Positions 22,271 through 33,050 of a DNA stretch of 33,394 nucleotides are shown piece after piece. The position numbers were made by a program, and so were the translations under genes. Source of the stretch: Octopus bimaculoides (taxonomy: Eukaryota); NCBI RefSeq assembly GCF_001194135.2, contig NC_068990.1:11613716-11647109 (forward strand). Direction: 5' to 3'. The notes under the pieces were generated by a model that was given only the letters and a program-made list of their open reading frames with translations, ran no database searches and was not told where the DNA came from. Within the stretch, counting starts at the first letter, position 1. The number at the start of each line of letters is the position of its first letter.

Positions 22271-22836
22271 ATTAAACGACTATGGCTTTATTTGGAGCAG
22301 GTGGGGGGGTTCCACTTCATGGATTATGTCTTTGTACCTGGCTCAAAGTGATGAATCCAACACTCATCCTGACTTAGGAAACGGTCAAGTAAACCAGCTG
22401 GATCTGCCTCAAACGATATCAGAATTTCCCGTGATGCCATCAGACTGGTGCGTTCTTGATCAAGTGTCAGAAGACATAGCATTCACCAAGCAGAAAACTT
22501 TATCAAACCAAGTTCATCGTGCGAAATTTTCTTAACTTTCCAATCAGATATGCAAATAGCATTGACTATTTGAATCGATCGCCTGTCATCTATCACCATG
22601 TGGTGAACATGATCAATGTTTTCCTCAGTGATGGCGCAGTTGATAGACATCCAAACCTCGAGTCATCTTCAAGGATCTCCCTTCCCCATATATAATTCAG
22701 CAGCCCACTTTTGAACTGATGATAAAATTGGTGTGTCATCCCCTAATACTGCAGGCATGTCAGCATGAATGTCTTTGGGGGTGAAACCCTTTTTCTGCAG
22801 ATATTTGATAATACCACGTTGCCAAATTTTGTTCAT
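22271..22836 (-). pseudogene. Mariner transposase N-terminal half (3'-truncated); the element's 5' UTR may extend to ~23100
   Basis: MNKIWQRGIIKYLQKKGFTPKDIHADM..VLGDDTP..SSVQKWAAE; ITEENIDHVHHMVIDDRR; LDRFLSQDECWIHHFEPGTK.*SMKW; PPAPNKAIVV. Confidence 0.9.
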
Positions 22837-23477
22837 TTCCAAGAGAAGTCACAGCTAGTTCATTTCGAAGCCTTCTTTGAACAGCTTTCTTGAAAAGAAA
22901 CAAATCACTTATTATTAAAATAAGTAGAGTTGAAATTAATGCATGCAAGATTTCACATAACTCTTCCATAGTCAACCTATGAACTTGTAAGCCTACCATC
23001 GTTTGTAAAGAGAACCGGTTAAAATAAGAGCTGAGAGCAACGTACAGAAAAGCGTAAGACCCAGATATAATTCCTAAGTCTTTTGTACTCAACAGCTATA
23101 ACAATGGAAAATAAATATCATCATTTACATAATTACATAATTACCATACATAATTAATTTAACAGTCGTAGATAACCCATATTTTTCACGAGAACAAAAT
23201 GAATAAAAACTATGTTTTTCTCCTGAAGAAAGTGTTAACATATAACTCTTAAATTATTCATATTTGTGAAGTCCGTAATTATATAAATAATGTTTTTACT
23301 CTACTGAAACAGCTATTAAGTACAAACAAATTATGAATTTCATAAATCTATGCTTTTCTGCTTTAGATACTATTTGTACACACACACTCATATCATTCTT
23401 ATCATTCAAATACATACACACACACACACACACACGCACACTCACTCACACACACACACACACCTATTTATATATAC

Positions 23478-23800
23478 CATCATCATCATTTAACGTCCGT
23501 TGTCCAACTGGCACGGGTTGGACGGTTTGACCGGGGCTGGTAAGCTGGAAAGGTGCACCAGACTCCAGTCTGATTTGGCATGGTTTTCTACAGCTGGATG
23601 CCCTTCCTAACGCCAACCACTCCGTGAGTGTAATGGGTTCTTTTACGTGCGACCTGCACGGGTGCCATTTGCGTGACACCAGTATCTGCCACGACTGCGA
23701 TTTTGCTCGGCTTGATGGGTCTTCTTCTCAAGTACGACATAATGTCATTGCCTCCGTGAGGCCCAACGCTCGAAAGGAACTCAGCCACTTTGACTTCGTA
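23478..23800 (-). mobile_element. Non-LTR repeat family C (SINE or RTE-associated) with (CAT)n tail
   Basis: Contains ctacagctggatgcccttcctaacgccaaccac, the reverse complement of the block at 24850-24890; tail catcatcatcatttaacgtcc. Confidence 0.85.
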
Positions 23801-23945
23801 TATAGGGTATTTGGGTTGAATTTGACAGTTTACATTAAAAATTAAAGCAAATGCAGTATCCCGTCCAGCCCCCCTCCCCACCCCAAGAAATAATAATTTA
23901 AAAAAGTAAAATGCATCAACTAGATTATGGTTGGGAAATAACACT

Positions 23946-24090
23946 TTACTCAATGTAGCTGCCTTCAGCTTTCACCACGGTTTCCAAATGGCTCCAAAAC
24001 CTGATGCCAGCATTCCTCACTGTGTGCCCAGAAAGATCCTCTTTGATGTTCGCCACCTGCTCGGGTTTCAGGTGTGTGGCTTGTTTTTGC
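23946..24090 (-). pseudogene. Tc1/mariner-superfamily transposase C-terminal fragment
   Basis: EQVANIKEDLSGHTVRNAGIRFWSHLETVVKAEGSYIE* matches the typical ...F..RLEAV..A.GG..E* terminus. Confidence 0.8.
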
Positions 24091-24134
24091 CTGTGATTTA
24101 AAACATGTTTGGTTACAGTATTATATTAGCTCAT

Positions 24135-24350
24135 AAAGCAGTGAGCTGGTAGAATCGTTAACATACCGGACGAAATGCTTAGCAGTATTTCATCAGTCTT
24201 TACATTCTGAGTTCAAATTCCGCCAAGGTCGACTTTGTCTTTCATCCTTTCAGGGTCAATAAATTAAGTACCAGTTGCATACTGAGGTCGATCTAATCGA
24301 CTGGACCCCTCCCCAAAAATTTCGGGCCTTGTGCCTAGAGTAGAAAAGAA
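24135..24350 (+). mobile_element. SINE family A (younger tail type), flanked by a direct repeat
   Basis: Full body and tail cctagagtagaaaagaa; flanked by tattatattagctcat at 24119 and 24351. Confidence 0.93.
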
Positions 24351-24366
24351 TATTATATTAGCTCAT

Positions 24367-24562
24367 AAAGCAGTGAGCTGGCAGAATCATTAGCATGCCA
24401 GGCAAAATGCTCAGTTCTGAGTTCAAATTCCTCTGAAGTTGACTTTGTCTTTCATCCATTTGGGGTTGATAAAATAAGTACCAGTTGAGTACTGGGATTG
24501 ATGTAATTGACGACTCCACTCCCCTGAAATTGCTGGCATTGTGCCAAAATTTGAAACCAATA
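24367..24562 (+). mobile_element. SINE family A (older tail type)
   Basis: Head aaagcagtgagctggcagaatc; B-box gagttcaaattcc; tail gaaattgctggcattgtgccaaaatttgaaaccaat. Confidence 0.92.
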
Positions 24563-24609
24563 TGTCAGCTCACCTTTCATTTTTACTATTTAATAATAAG
24601 GATTATTGT

Positions 24610-25000
24610 CATGGCCATTGTCAGTACTGCCTGACTGGCTCCTGTGCTGGTGGCACATAAAAAGCACCATTTGAGCATGGTCAGTGCCAGTGCCACCTGA
24701 CTGGCTCCCATGCCAGTGGCATATAAAAAGCACCAACTGGTTCCCATGCTGGTGGCATGTAAAAAGCACCATTCAAGCATGGTTGGCACTAGTACTGCCC
24801 GACTGGCCCTTGTGACGGTGGCACGTAAAAAGCACCCACTACACTCTGAGAGTGGTTGGTGTTAGGAAGGGCATCCAGCTGTAGAAACTCTGCCAGATCA
24901 GATTGGAGCCTGGTGCAGCCTTCAGTCAAATCATCCAACCCATGCTAGCATGTAAGGTGGACATTAAACGATGACGATGATGATGATGATGATGATGATG
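24610..25000 (+). mobile_element. Family C repeat with internally amplified 36-bp block (x4) and (GAT)n tail
   Basis: gtggttggtgttaggaagggcatccagctgtagaaac; block gactgg..gtgc.ggtggcac.taaaaagcacc at 24633, 24699, 24735 and 24801. Confidence 0.88.
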
Positions 25001-25687
25001 ACTTACATAGAAGTAATATGAATCTTATCAAAGATTTTAAATCAGTTATCTTAGTGATTTTTGCAACGGTATCCCAAACTAACCACAGAACTATGTGCTG
25101 TAAGCTGTTCTAATTCCTACTGTATTCACACTGATAAAAGGAAATATTTGTAAGAAGATGATCAGTAAATATTGTCTGTATTCTGGGTGTATGAGCTGGT
25201 AGTAAGTATAGACATTGGTGAGAAATTTCTGTGTTTCCTTTGATGTCAATTATAGGTTGGATGATAAATGCACTGCTTGATATGTATATCGAAAAATAGG
25301 AAAACTGGAGATTGGCCTCATCTCAATATAAAATGATATTGATTTGAAGCTGAAGTTCGGAAAATGTATATAAGGAACTTTAGTTGCTGCAAGACCTTAC
25401 TATATACAATGTTGTTATTGTCATTTAACACCAGGTCAGCTCTGATTGAACAGAAATTTGACCTCAGCTTTAAAAGAAATTTTTTGTCTGTTTAATGTCA
25501 GTCCTGAACATGTGTCATTGATTATATTACAAGGTTTCTTCTTATTCTACAATTTCCTTATGTTAGATGTCTGCTCTGAAAATTAGATTAGTAAATAGCT
25601 ATAAAGGAATATTAGCAACTAAATATAGGTGAGGAAAAATATAAGAGGCTGTTTTATTTCTTCAGATATTTGTAAATGTATATATGT

Positions 25688-25689
<2 letters not shown>

Positions 25690-25725
<36 letters not shown>

Positions 25726-25739
25726 TAGTTATATACACT

Positions 25740-25770
<31 letters not shown>

Positions 25771-25932
25771 ACACACACATACACACACACACATGCATGC
25801 ATATAATCACATAAAGCACATGAATATATCTTGTCATATTGGCTTAAATCAAAGAGTTTTATGTAAAAGTGTATACTTGTGCATGTATGTGTCTTGCCTG
25901 CCTGTCTCTGTATGTGTGTGTGTGTGTGTGTT

Positions 25933-25977
<45 letters not shown>

Positions 25978-25985
25978 CTGTGCAT
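25690..25985. repeat. Compound (TA)n, (CA)n and (TG)n microsatellites
   Basis: Direct reading; the CA block (~25735-25795) is complementary to the TG block (~25910-25975). Confidence 0.92.
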
Positions 25986-26199
25986 GTATCATCATCCTCA
26001 TTGTCATCATCCTCATCATCATCATTTTCATCAATATCATCTCTTCACTTCTGCACTTGGTATTGATATGAGCTGAATGGTTTGACTTACTCAGAGGAGT
26101 CGGAGGATAACATTATACTCCAATGTCTGTTCGTGCACGGTTTCTATAGCTGGGTGTCCTTCATAGCCCCAATTACTTTATGTGCATGTGTGTACATGG

Positions 26200-26831
26200 T
26201 GAAGGTACAGGATTAGTGGTTAGGGTGCTCAGCTTACAATCTGTTGTAAAGTGAAACTGTATACCCCTTCTTGGTAAAAAATGGTAGGAACCAGCCATTA
26301 TAAATAGAACAGTAGCCAGTCGTCAAGAGAGGGGTGAGGAGTCGAAGATTTGAGAGTCGACAGTTCTAGTCAGTGTCTTGTGGAGCTATCAATGATAGTA
26401 AGATAGAAGTTGGTGTATTACTATTCCAGTACGAAGAGATACAACGGTATCCAATAACTAGTAACTATTGTGGCTACTAGTGCAAAAATAGCAACTACAG
26501 TACAACAGCAGACCCATATCACATCAGTAAGAGGAACCCACTTTACAACACAATCATAAGGTCATGAATTCGATTCCTGTTTATGTATTGTGTCCCTGAG
26601 CAAGACACTTTAGTTCACTTTCCTCCAGTCCTCTCGGCTGACAAAAATGAGTAAGTGTATTTCAAATGGCCAGCTTTATCACATTCTTTTATGCTGAATC
26701 TCTCTGAGAACTACAAGAAGGGTGCATGAGTCTGAGGAGTGCTCAGCCACTTGCACATTGAGTTCCTGAGCAGGCTGCTCCATTGATCAGATCAAGTGAA
26801 ACTCTCATTGTTATAACTGACAGAATGCCAG
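26200..26831 (+). mobile_element. tRNA-derived SINE family D, interrupted by a solo LTR
   Basis: Removing 26242-26555 restores ggattagtggttagggtgctcagcttacaatc-ataaggtcatgaattcgattcc (A and B boxes), followed by tgtgtccctgagcaagacacttt (CORE/Meta-like central motif). Confidence 0.8.
26242..26550 (+). mobile_element. Solo LTR (309 bp, TG...CA) with 5-bp TSD
   Basis: Ends TGTTGTAAAGTG...CACTTTACAACA (perfect 12-bp inverted repeat); CAATC at 26237-26241 and 26551-26555; TATA-like tataaata about 60 bp in. Confidence 0.88.
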
Positions 26832-26863
26832 TTATATATGTACAGGTATATATATATATATAT

Positions 26864-26962
26864 NNNNNNNNNNNNNNNNNNNNNNNNNNNNNNNNNNNNN
26901 NNNNNNNNNNNNNNNNNNNNNNNNNNNNNNNNNNNNNNNNNNNNNNNNNNNNNNNNNNNNNN
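26864..26962. other. Assembly gap (99 N) within (TA)n
   Basis: N run. Confidence 0.99.
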
Positions 26963-27489
26963 ATATAAACAACACACACACACATAAATAGCTTGATAAT
27001 ATTTACAAGTGCACAAGTGGCTATTTGCATTAGCTGGACTTATATATCATTGAATATAATAATGTCGCTTTAAATCTATTTCTACCTACCTTCCTTGAGC
27101 CCCCTCAAATACTGCTGTGCACAAAAACATACTTTTGGTTTCACAGCAAAATATTTCTCCCTATAATTACTACATGAGAGCATTTCCGAATGTTAAATGA
27201 TTTTTGCTATTGAAGTGCTTCTATTAATAGGTGATATATTTGAAAAAATACTTAATATTGAATATTGATTTTGGTAATACCAGTTTTCTTGTACAGTTTT
27301 TGCATAGTAAATTTTATGAATTTATTTTCTAGACATTCCAAATGTCTTCTGAACATCAGTTCTTTCTATGCTGTTATCTACACGGACAGAAACACACACT
27401 TGCAATTCCCTTTGCAGATGACTGATGAGCAGATCAAGTGACCATAGATTTCTGTGTTATAGAGTTTGCTGTCTCTCATTAATAAACAT

Positions 27490-27577
27490 ACATACATACA
27501 TATATATATACATATGTACAAACACACACACATACAATGTGGGTGGAATGTGAGTGTGTTTGGGTGTGGAGTGTGTG

Positions 27578-27660
<83 letters not shown>

Positions 27661-28491
27661 NNNNNNNNNNNNNNNNNNNNNNNNNNNNNNNNNNNNNNNN
27701 NNNNNNNNNNNNNNNNNNNNNNNNNNNNNNNNNNNNNNNNNNNNNNNNNNNNNNNNNNNNNNNNNNNNNNNNNNNNNNNNNNNNNNNNNNNNNNNNNNNN
27801 NNNNNNNNNNNNNNNNNNNNNNNNNNNNNNNNNNNNNNNNNNNNNNNNNNNNNNNNNNNNNNNNNNNNNNNNNNNNNNNNNNNNNNNNNNNNNNNNNNNN
27901 NNNNNNNNNNNNNNNNNNNNNNNNNNNNNNNNNNNNNNNNNNNNNNNNNNNNNNNNNNNNNNNNNNNNNNNNNNNNNNNNNNNNNNNNNNNNNNNNNNNN
28001 NNNNNNNNNNNNNNNNNNNNNNNNNNNNNNNNNNNNNNNNNNNNNNNNNNNNNNNNNNNNNNNNNNNNNNNNNNNNNNNNNNNNNNNNNNNNNNNNNNNN
28101 NNNNNNNNNNNNNNNNNNNNNNNNNNNNNNNNNNNNNNNNNNNNNNNNNNNNNNNNNNNNNNNNNNNNNNNNNNNNNNNNNNNNNNNNNNNNNNNNNNNN
28201 NNNNNNNNNNNNNNNNNNNNNNNNNNNNNNNNNNNNNNNNNNNNNNNNNNNNNNNNNNNNNNNNNNNNNNNNNNNNNNNNNNNNNNNNNNNNNNNNNNNN
28301 NNNNNNNNNNNNNNNNNNNNNNNNNNNNNNNNNNNNNNNNNNNNNNNNNNNNNNNNNNNNNNNNNNNNNNNNNNTATATATATATATTGCTATAGATAAA
28401 GAGAACGATAGATAGAATGATAGACAGATAGATAAAATTATAGATAGATAAGCAGACAGACAGATAGTTAGATAGATAGATTGATAGATAG

Positions 28492-28554
<63 letters not shown>

Positions 28555-28580
28555 GAGAGAGAGAGAGTGAGAGGGAGAGA
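27490..28580. repeat. (TA)/(TG)/(TAGA)/(GA) microsatellites around a 714-N gap (27661-28374)
   Basis: Direct reading. Confidence 0.95.
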
Positions 28581-28932
28581 ATTTGATGTATAATATGACA
28601 CCACATATAGTCTGACTATTTTATTAATAAAAAGTGATAAAGAAATTTTGGTAGCCAGCTTGAATACATAATTTTTTTTTATTACATTAAGCACTATACT
28701 TACCAATAGAATTTTAAATTACTTATGGTCTTTATGAAATGAAATTTTGGTGGACCATTTTTCAAAAGAAGTATTTAACCCTCTATTTGAAGGTGATATA
28801 TTTTTATATTTCATGTTTGTGACTGAGTTTTCATATATATGCCATCATCACCATCACCATCGTCGTCGTTGTCATCATCATCATGATCATGATTTAACAT
28901 CCATTTTTCAATATATACATACATACATATGT

Positions 28933-28965
<33 letters not shown>

Positions 28966-29074
28966 CGTATATATACACGTAGAGAGAGAGAGGGTGGGGG
29001 AGTAGGTCAAAAAGTACACTCGGTTTTTCAGGTGTTAAGCAAAAATAAAACATAAGTTTTCAACACAAAATAAC

Positions 29075-30222
29075 TTATTCTGTCAATGTTATAATTACCA
29101 TTTCATACTGAATATCTTCTGCCACTTTGTGACCAGATCTATTATTCCCTAGTCCTAGAACATTCTGTCTTTCTGAGCGCAAAAATTCTTCCAAAGGAAT
29201 TTTTATATCCTCTTCAGAATTGAAAGTTCGTCCATTCAATGAATTTTGAAGACACTGAACCAGGTCGAAATCCGAATATGGAGAGTGCAATAAAAATTCC
29301 CCAGCCGAGCTCTAGTAAATTCTGACACGTCTGCAATGAAGTGTGCGGTCCGGCATTGTTGTAATGAAAGACACAATACATTGACGATTGCCCGCCGGGC
29401 GAAATGCCTAGCGATATTTCGTCTGCCGTTACGTTCTGAGTTCAAATTCTGCCGAGGTCGACTTTGCCTTTCATCCTTTCAGGGTCGATTAAATAAGTAC
29501 CAGTTAATCACTGGGATCGATGTAATCGACTTAATCTATTGTCCGTCCTTGTTTGTCCCCTCTATGTTTAGCCCCCTGTGGGCAATAAAGAAATAACATT
29601 TGTCCAGCTGGTCACAGTACACATCGAAATTGATGTCCTGTCCATAGGAAGAAGCTCATAAAAGATTAAAAAAACTCTTACAATTCGACCACATTTAAAG
29701 CATGACCTTCGTCGGGTGAAGTCATGCTGCGGGGGTTGTCTCTTCTCCCATGATCGTTAGCATTTCAAGTTGTCATCCATTTTTCATCCATTCTCACTAT
29801 TCTCTTCAAAAAGATTCGCTTTCTTCACGTTTCTACAATGAATCGCTGATAGAAATCTATTGGACGTGGTTAGGTCCAATCAACTGATGTGGAACTCAAA
29901 CATCGATTCTGCTGACATAACGAAGTTAATGCAGAGGGTTTTTAAAACATTTGATTTGGATATTTGAGGTATATCTACCATCGTCCTGGTCTTATAACGG
30001 GATTTGATGTCGCTGCTAATCTCTATTGGCCGGTCAGAGTGAAGAGCATTTGAACCGAAAAGTTTCCCCGATTGAAACCTTCAAAACCACTTGACGCAAA
30101 CATTGCATAATATCATCCTTTCCACACACAGCACACATCTTCCTACAGGGTTTTGCTACTTACCTGCCTTCTTTGAAATAATAAAAATAAAACAGCATAA
30201 TGTATCGATATTTTATATTCAT
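29075..30222 (-). pseudogene. Mariner transposase pseudogene interrupted by a SINE
   Basis: MNIKYRYIMLFYF; V*VPHQL (=WVPHEL); FLKRIVRMDEKWM; FYELLP; DVYCDQLDK; FHYNNAGPHTSLQTCQNLLELGWGILLHSPYS; QCLQNSLNGRTFNSEEDIK. Confidence 0.92.
29383..29596 (+). mobile_element. SINE family A nested in the mariner
   Basis: cgccgggcgaaatgcctagcg...gttctgagttcaaattctgccgaggtcg...gtttagccccctgtgggcaataaagaaataa. Confidence 0.94.
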
Positions 30223-30299
30223 CCTTTATGTTCTGATAGATTTACAAGCACTCCATTATCGCAGATAAGTTCTTCTTATTTGTCTTCTTCCTTGCTTAT

Positions 30300-30359
30300 C
30301 TGTCTGTCTGTCTTCCGTCTGTCTCCCTGTCTCTATCTGTCTGTCTGTCTGTCTCTGTC

Positions 30360-30425
<66 letters not shown>
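30300..30425. repeat. (TCTG)n/(CT)n microsatellite
   Basis: Direct reading. Confidence 0.93.
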
Positions 30426-30428
<3 letters not shown>

Positions 30429-30554
30429 AGTAGAAATCTGCTGTTGTAAGACATATAGTGCGATGATTTCTACCCAGTTTAATAGGCCGAATAAATGTCC
30501 TTGCAAATCCACAAGAAGATGAGTACTCGAGAAATACATGCATACATATGTGCT

Positions 30555-30562
30555 AGTGTATG

Positions 30563-30614
<52 letters not shown>

Positions 30615-30843
30615 NNNNNNNNNNATATATTTAGCTTTATATATGTATTTCGCTGAGTACAAATAACAGAAAAAGAAAACATTCAATGCATGTAATAAAT
30701 TCTATAAAACAATAGAAATCAAGGCTTTACTTTTCAGGAACACCAAGTTACATTTTACTATCATATTACGTAAGGTAACATATCGTACGGAACCTGACAA
30801 CAACGACGTAGCTATGTAGCGCCACTGCTCGCTGTATGTGTGC

Positions 30844-30884
<41 letters not shown>

Positions 30885-30900
30885 TGCATGTGTGTGTGTG
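30555..30900. repeat. Two (TG)n microsatellites (30555-30614, 30840-30900) with a 10-N gap (30615-30624)
   Basis: Direct reading. Confidence 0.9.
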
Positions 30901-31239
30901 TTAGTATATTTCTACAAAATCTGCTGATGTTTCAGTTCATTTTTAATGTCGTTTCCTGCAAGAATATGTTATATGTGATCGTTCAAAGATATAAAAAAAT
31001 TGTCGAAGATATCTTGGCAATAAACCAGCAAGGCCTTTTCCATTTATTTATCAAGAAAGGTTACCTAATTGTGTTTCCAGATAAGGGCACATTGTCTTCA
31101 CTAGCTCTTGACTGAATGAGATTAGATGCTAGAAATAATATTTTTTTTTAATGTGTTCACAATGAGATCAGTGCACTTTCTTTCGTTGTTATTCGAGATG
31201 TTATTGGTATTATATATAACACTGTACATCAAATATATG

Positions 31240-32060
31240 TTTTTCTACAGACATAATCTCCTTCGTATGCAAGAAGACAGAATTTCTGAATTATAGTTTT
31301 GTCTATTTAACGATTCACTAACCAAAAGTAGTTTCAGAGGGATGATAGTCTATTAGACCAAACAAACTCAAAAGCAGAAACCAGAAAGATCAATATACCT
31401 CAATATATGTTACGATTCAGATTGGACGTTGCTACAAGTAGATTCCAAAAATTTCAAACTCTAGTAAGATATTTCCCACCAACATACAATAAACATTTCA
31501 TCCCTCGTAATTTCAGTATTAACCTAGACAACATCGCATCTCAGTGAAAAGCTACATTGAAACATATTCTTACATAACCAACATACCAGCCAATTTGTTA
31601 TTTACTGAAATCCTCGACTTGCCAACTCAAATACTCATGTCTTTGAAAAACACTGATATTTCGAGCATCTGTGACGGCGTTATATTGATGTATTATGTTG
31701 ATGTTCATATACAGTTCTCCAAGCAAGCGCATTTAATACGTTCTTATTGGCATCTGCAATCATTCAAGCTAAAAATCAAGGAAGTATCTCGTTATCACCA
31801 TTCATTTACAAACTCAGGGAACAAAAACAGGACCACCTCCAAACAACATAAAACAACGTCTATAAAATAACCCTATACATCAATGAATCATGAAACTGTA
31901 AGTTTTTCGTTAATTAGTATTTCTGAATAATAAATCTGCCAGCGAACTCTCATAACCAACAAATCAGTGACATGAGCTGCTGACATCGGGGAAACGTTTT
32001 CTTTCACAGCTTTTACGAAACTGAAGAGGAACATCCCACCGAATGAAACCTGCCACAATT
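31240..32060 (+). mobile_element. Probable second, highly decayed Penelope-like element (N-terminal ORF region plus terminal motif)
   Basis: TEFLNYSF (similar to PKFLNFKL), SINLDNIASQ.KATLK..TNIP.NL..TEILDL, reminiscent of PLE pre-RT regions; CTGAAGA...GAAAC at 32021-32049. No RT core is visible. Confidence 0.4.
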
Positions 32061-32495
32061 AGATGGAAATTGAATCGTTGTTCCTAGAGGACTACAGATA
32101 TTTTCTGGGTGATTCGATTTCTTAAGACCAGCCATATTTCTAATATAGAACATATTCAGCTGCGTAAGATACCACAATAAAACAAAAAAATACGTAGCTA
32201 GTTTACTGAGAACACAAATTCAATGAACATATAATGTCTAATTTATTATACGCTTAATTAAGGAAGTAAAACTTCAAATAACATTACAGAGTATCATCAA
32301 GCCATTTCCCAAATATACTAACGTTTTGAACAATACAGTCTTTTTCAGGACAGGTAGGCACAGAAGATATATTTTAGAACCTGCTAGATCTTATAATTTT
32401 ATGGAGCACTCGATTTTAAATTCTTTATTTATTTTGTTTTCATATTTTCCTTGTGATTCCGTCTCAAAAATTTCAATCACAATTCTCCCTTTATG

Positions 32496-32610
32496 GTTCT
32501 GAGTTCAAATCCAGACGAAGTCGTCGGTTCTTTTCATCCTTTGAAGAATAGTAAAAACAAATAAAAATAATAAAACTTGCACCAGTGAAATACCGGTGTC
32601 TATATAATTC
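32496..32610 (+). mobile_element. Degenerate family-A SINE fragment
   Basis: gttctgagttcaaatccagacgaagtcg...tttcatcctttg. Confidence 0.65.
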
Positions 32611-32906
32611 GCTGTTTCAGTCATCACTACATCTTCTGATCTTGCGTCGACGCAAGAAAGGTTTATTATCGTTACGTATATGGTAAGGGTTGGAAAAATT
32701 ATATGAGTGGATTGATAAAAGGTCTTCCGTTTCACGCCGACTGCCTATATGCCCGACATTATGCTCGGCTCTGTTCTACATCTGTTGTGGATGACCATAT
32801 TAAATCCAATTTCTGCAGTGACGAAAAGGATATTCTGACAGGTGACCATTTTAGTCCAAACATCAAATAGTGAAGACTGTGAAACCTCTCTCAAATAACA
32901 CTTTAT

Positions 32907-33050
32907 AACCGCTTCTCAAACGGGATCCATGTGGTTTCTGAGGTTCTATATAAACTTTGGGGTTGGGGTCCACTCAAGAAAATAGTTAATTGAGAATCCA
33001 CAATAGTATTTTAAGGGCCTCTAAAAAAATTTTGCTTTAGATATGTATTG
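32907..33050 (+). mobile_element. Possible hAT-like MITE fragment
   Basis: The start aaccgcttctcaaacgggatcc resembles CAGnGGTTCTCAAAC-type hAT termini, with ggggtcc motifs inside. No second terminus was found. Confidence 0.35.

Noticed and set aside
22326-23092. ORFs 22326-22535 (+) and 22760-23092 (-) as host genes
   Set aside because: They overlap the mariner relic (antisense frame and its 5' region).
24633-24836. CRISPR-like 36-bp repeats separated by 30-bp spacers
   Set aside because: The spacers are homologous to each other, the repeats are degenerate, the array lies inside a eukaryotic retroposon, and there are no cas genes.
25007-25130. Minus-strand exon candidate (ttttatcag| ... |gtaagt)
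   Set aside because: Stops occur in all three frames from the good acceptor; at best non-coding, and unsupported.
27378-28706. Long ORFs (281-442 aa) in the ORF track
   Set aside because: They are made of N-gap X residues and microsatellite translations.
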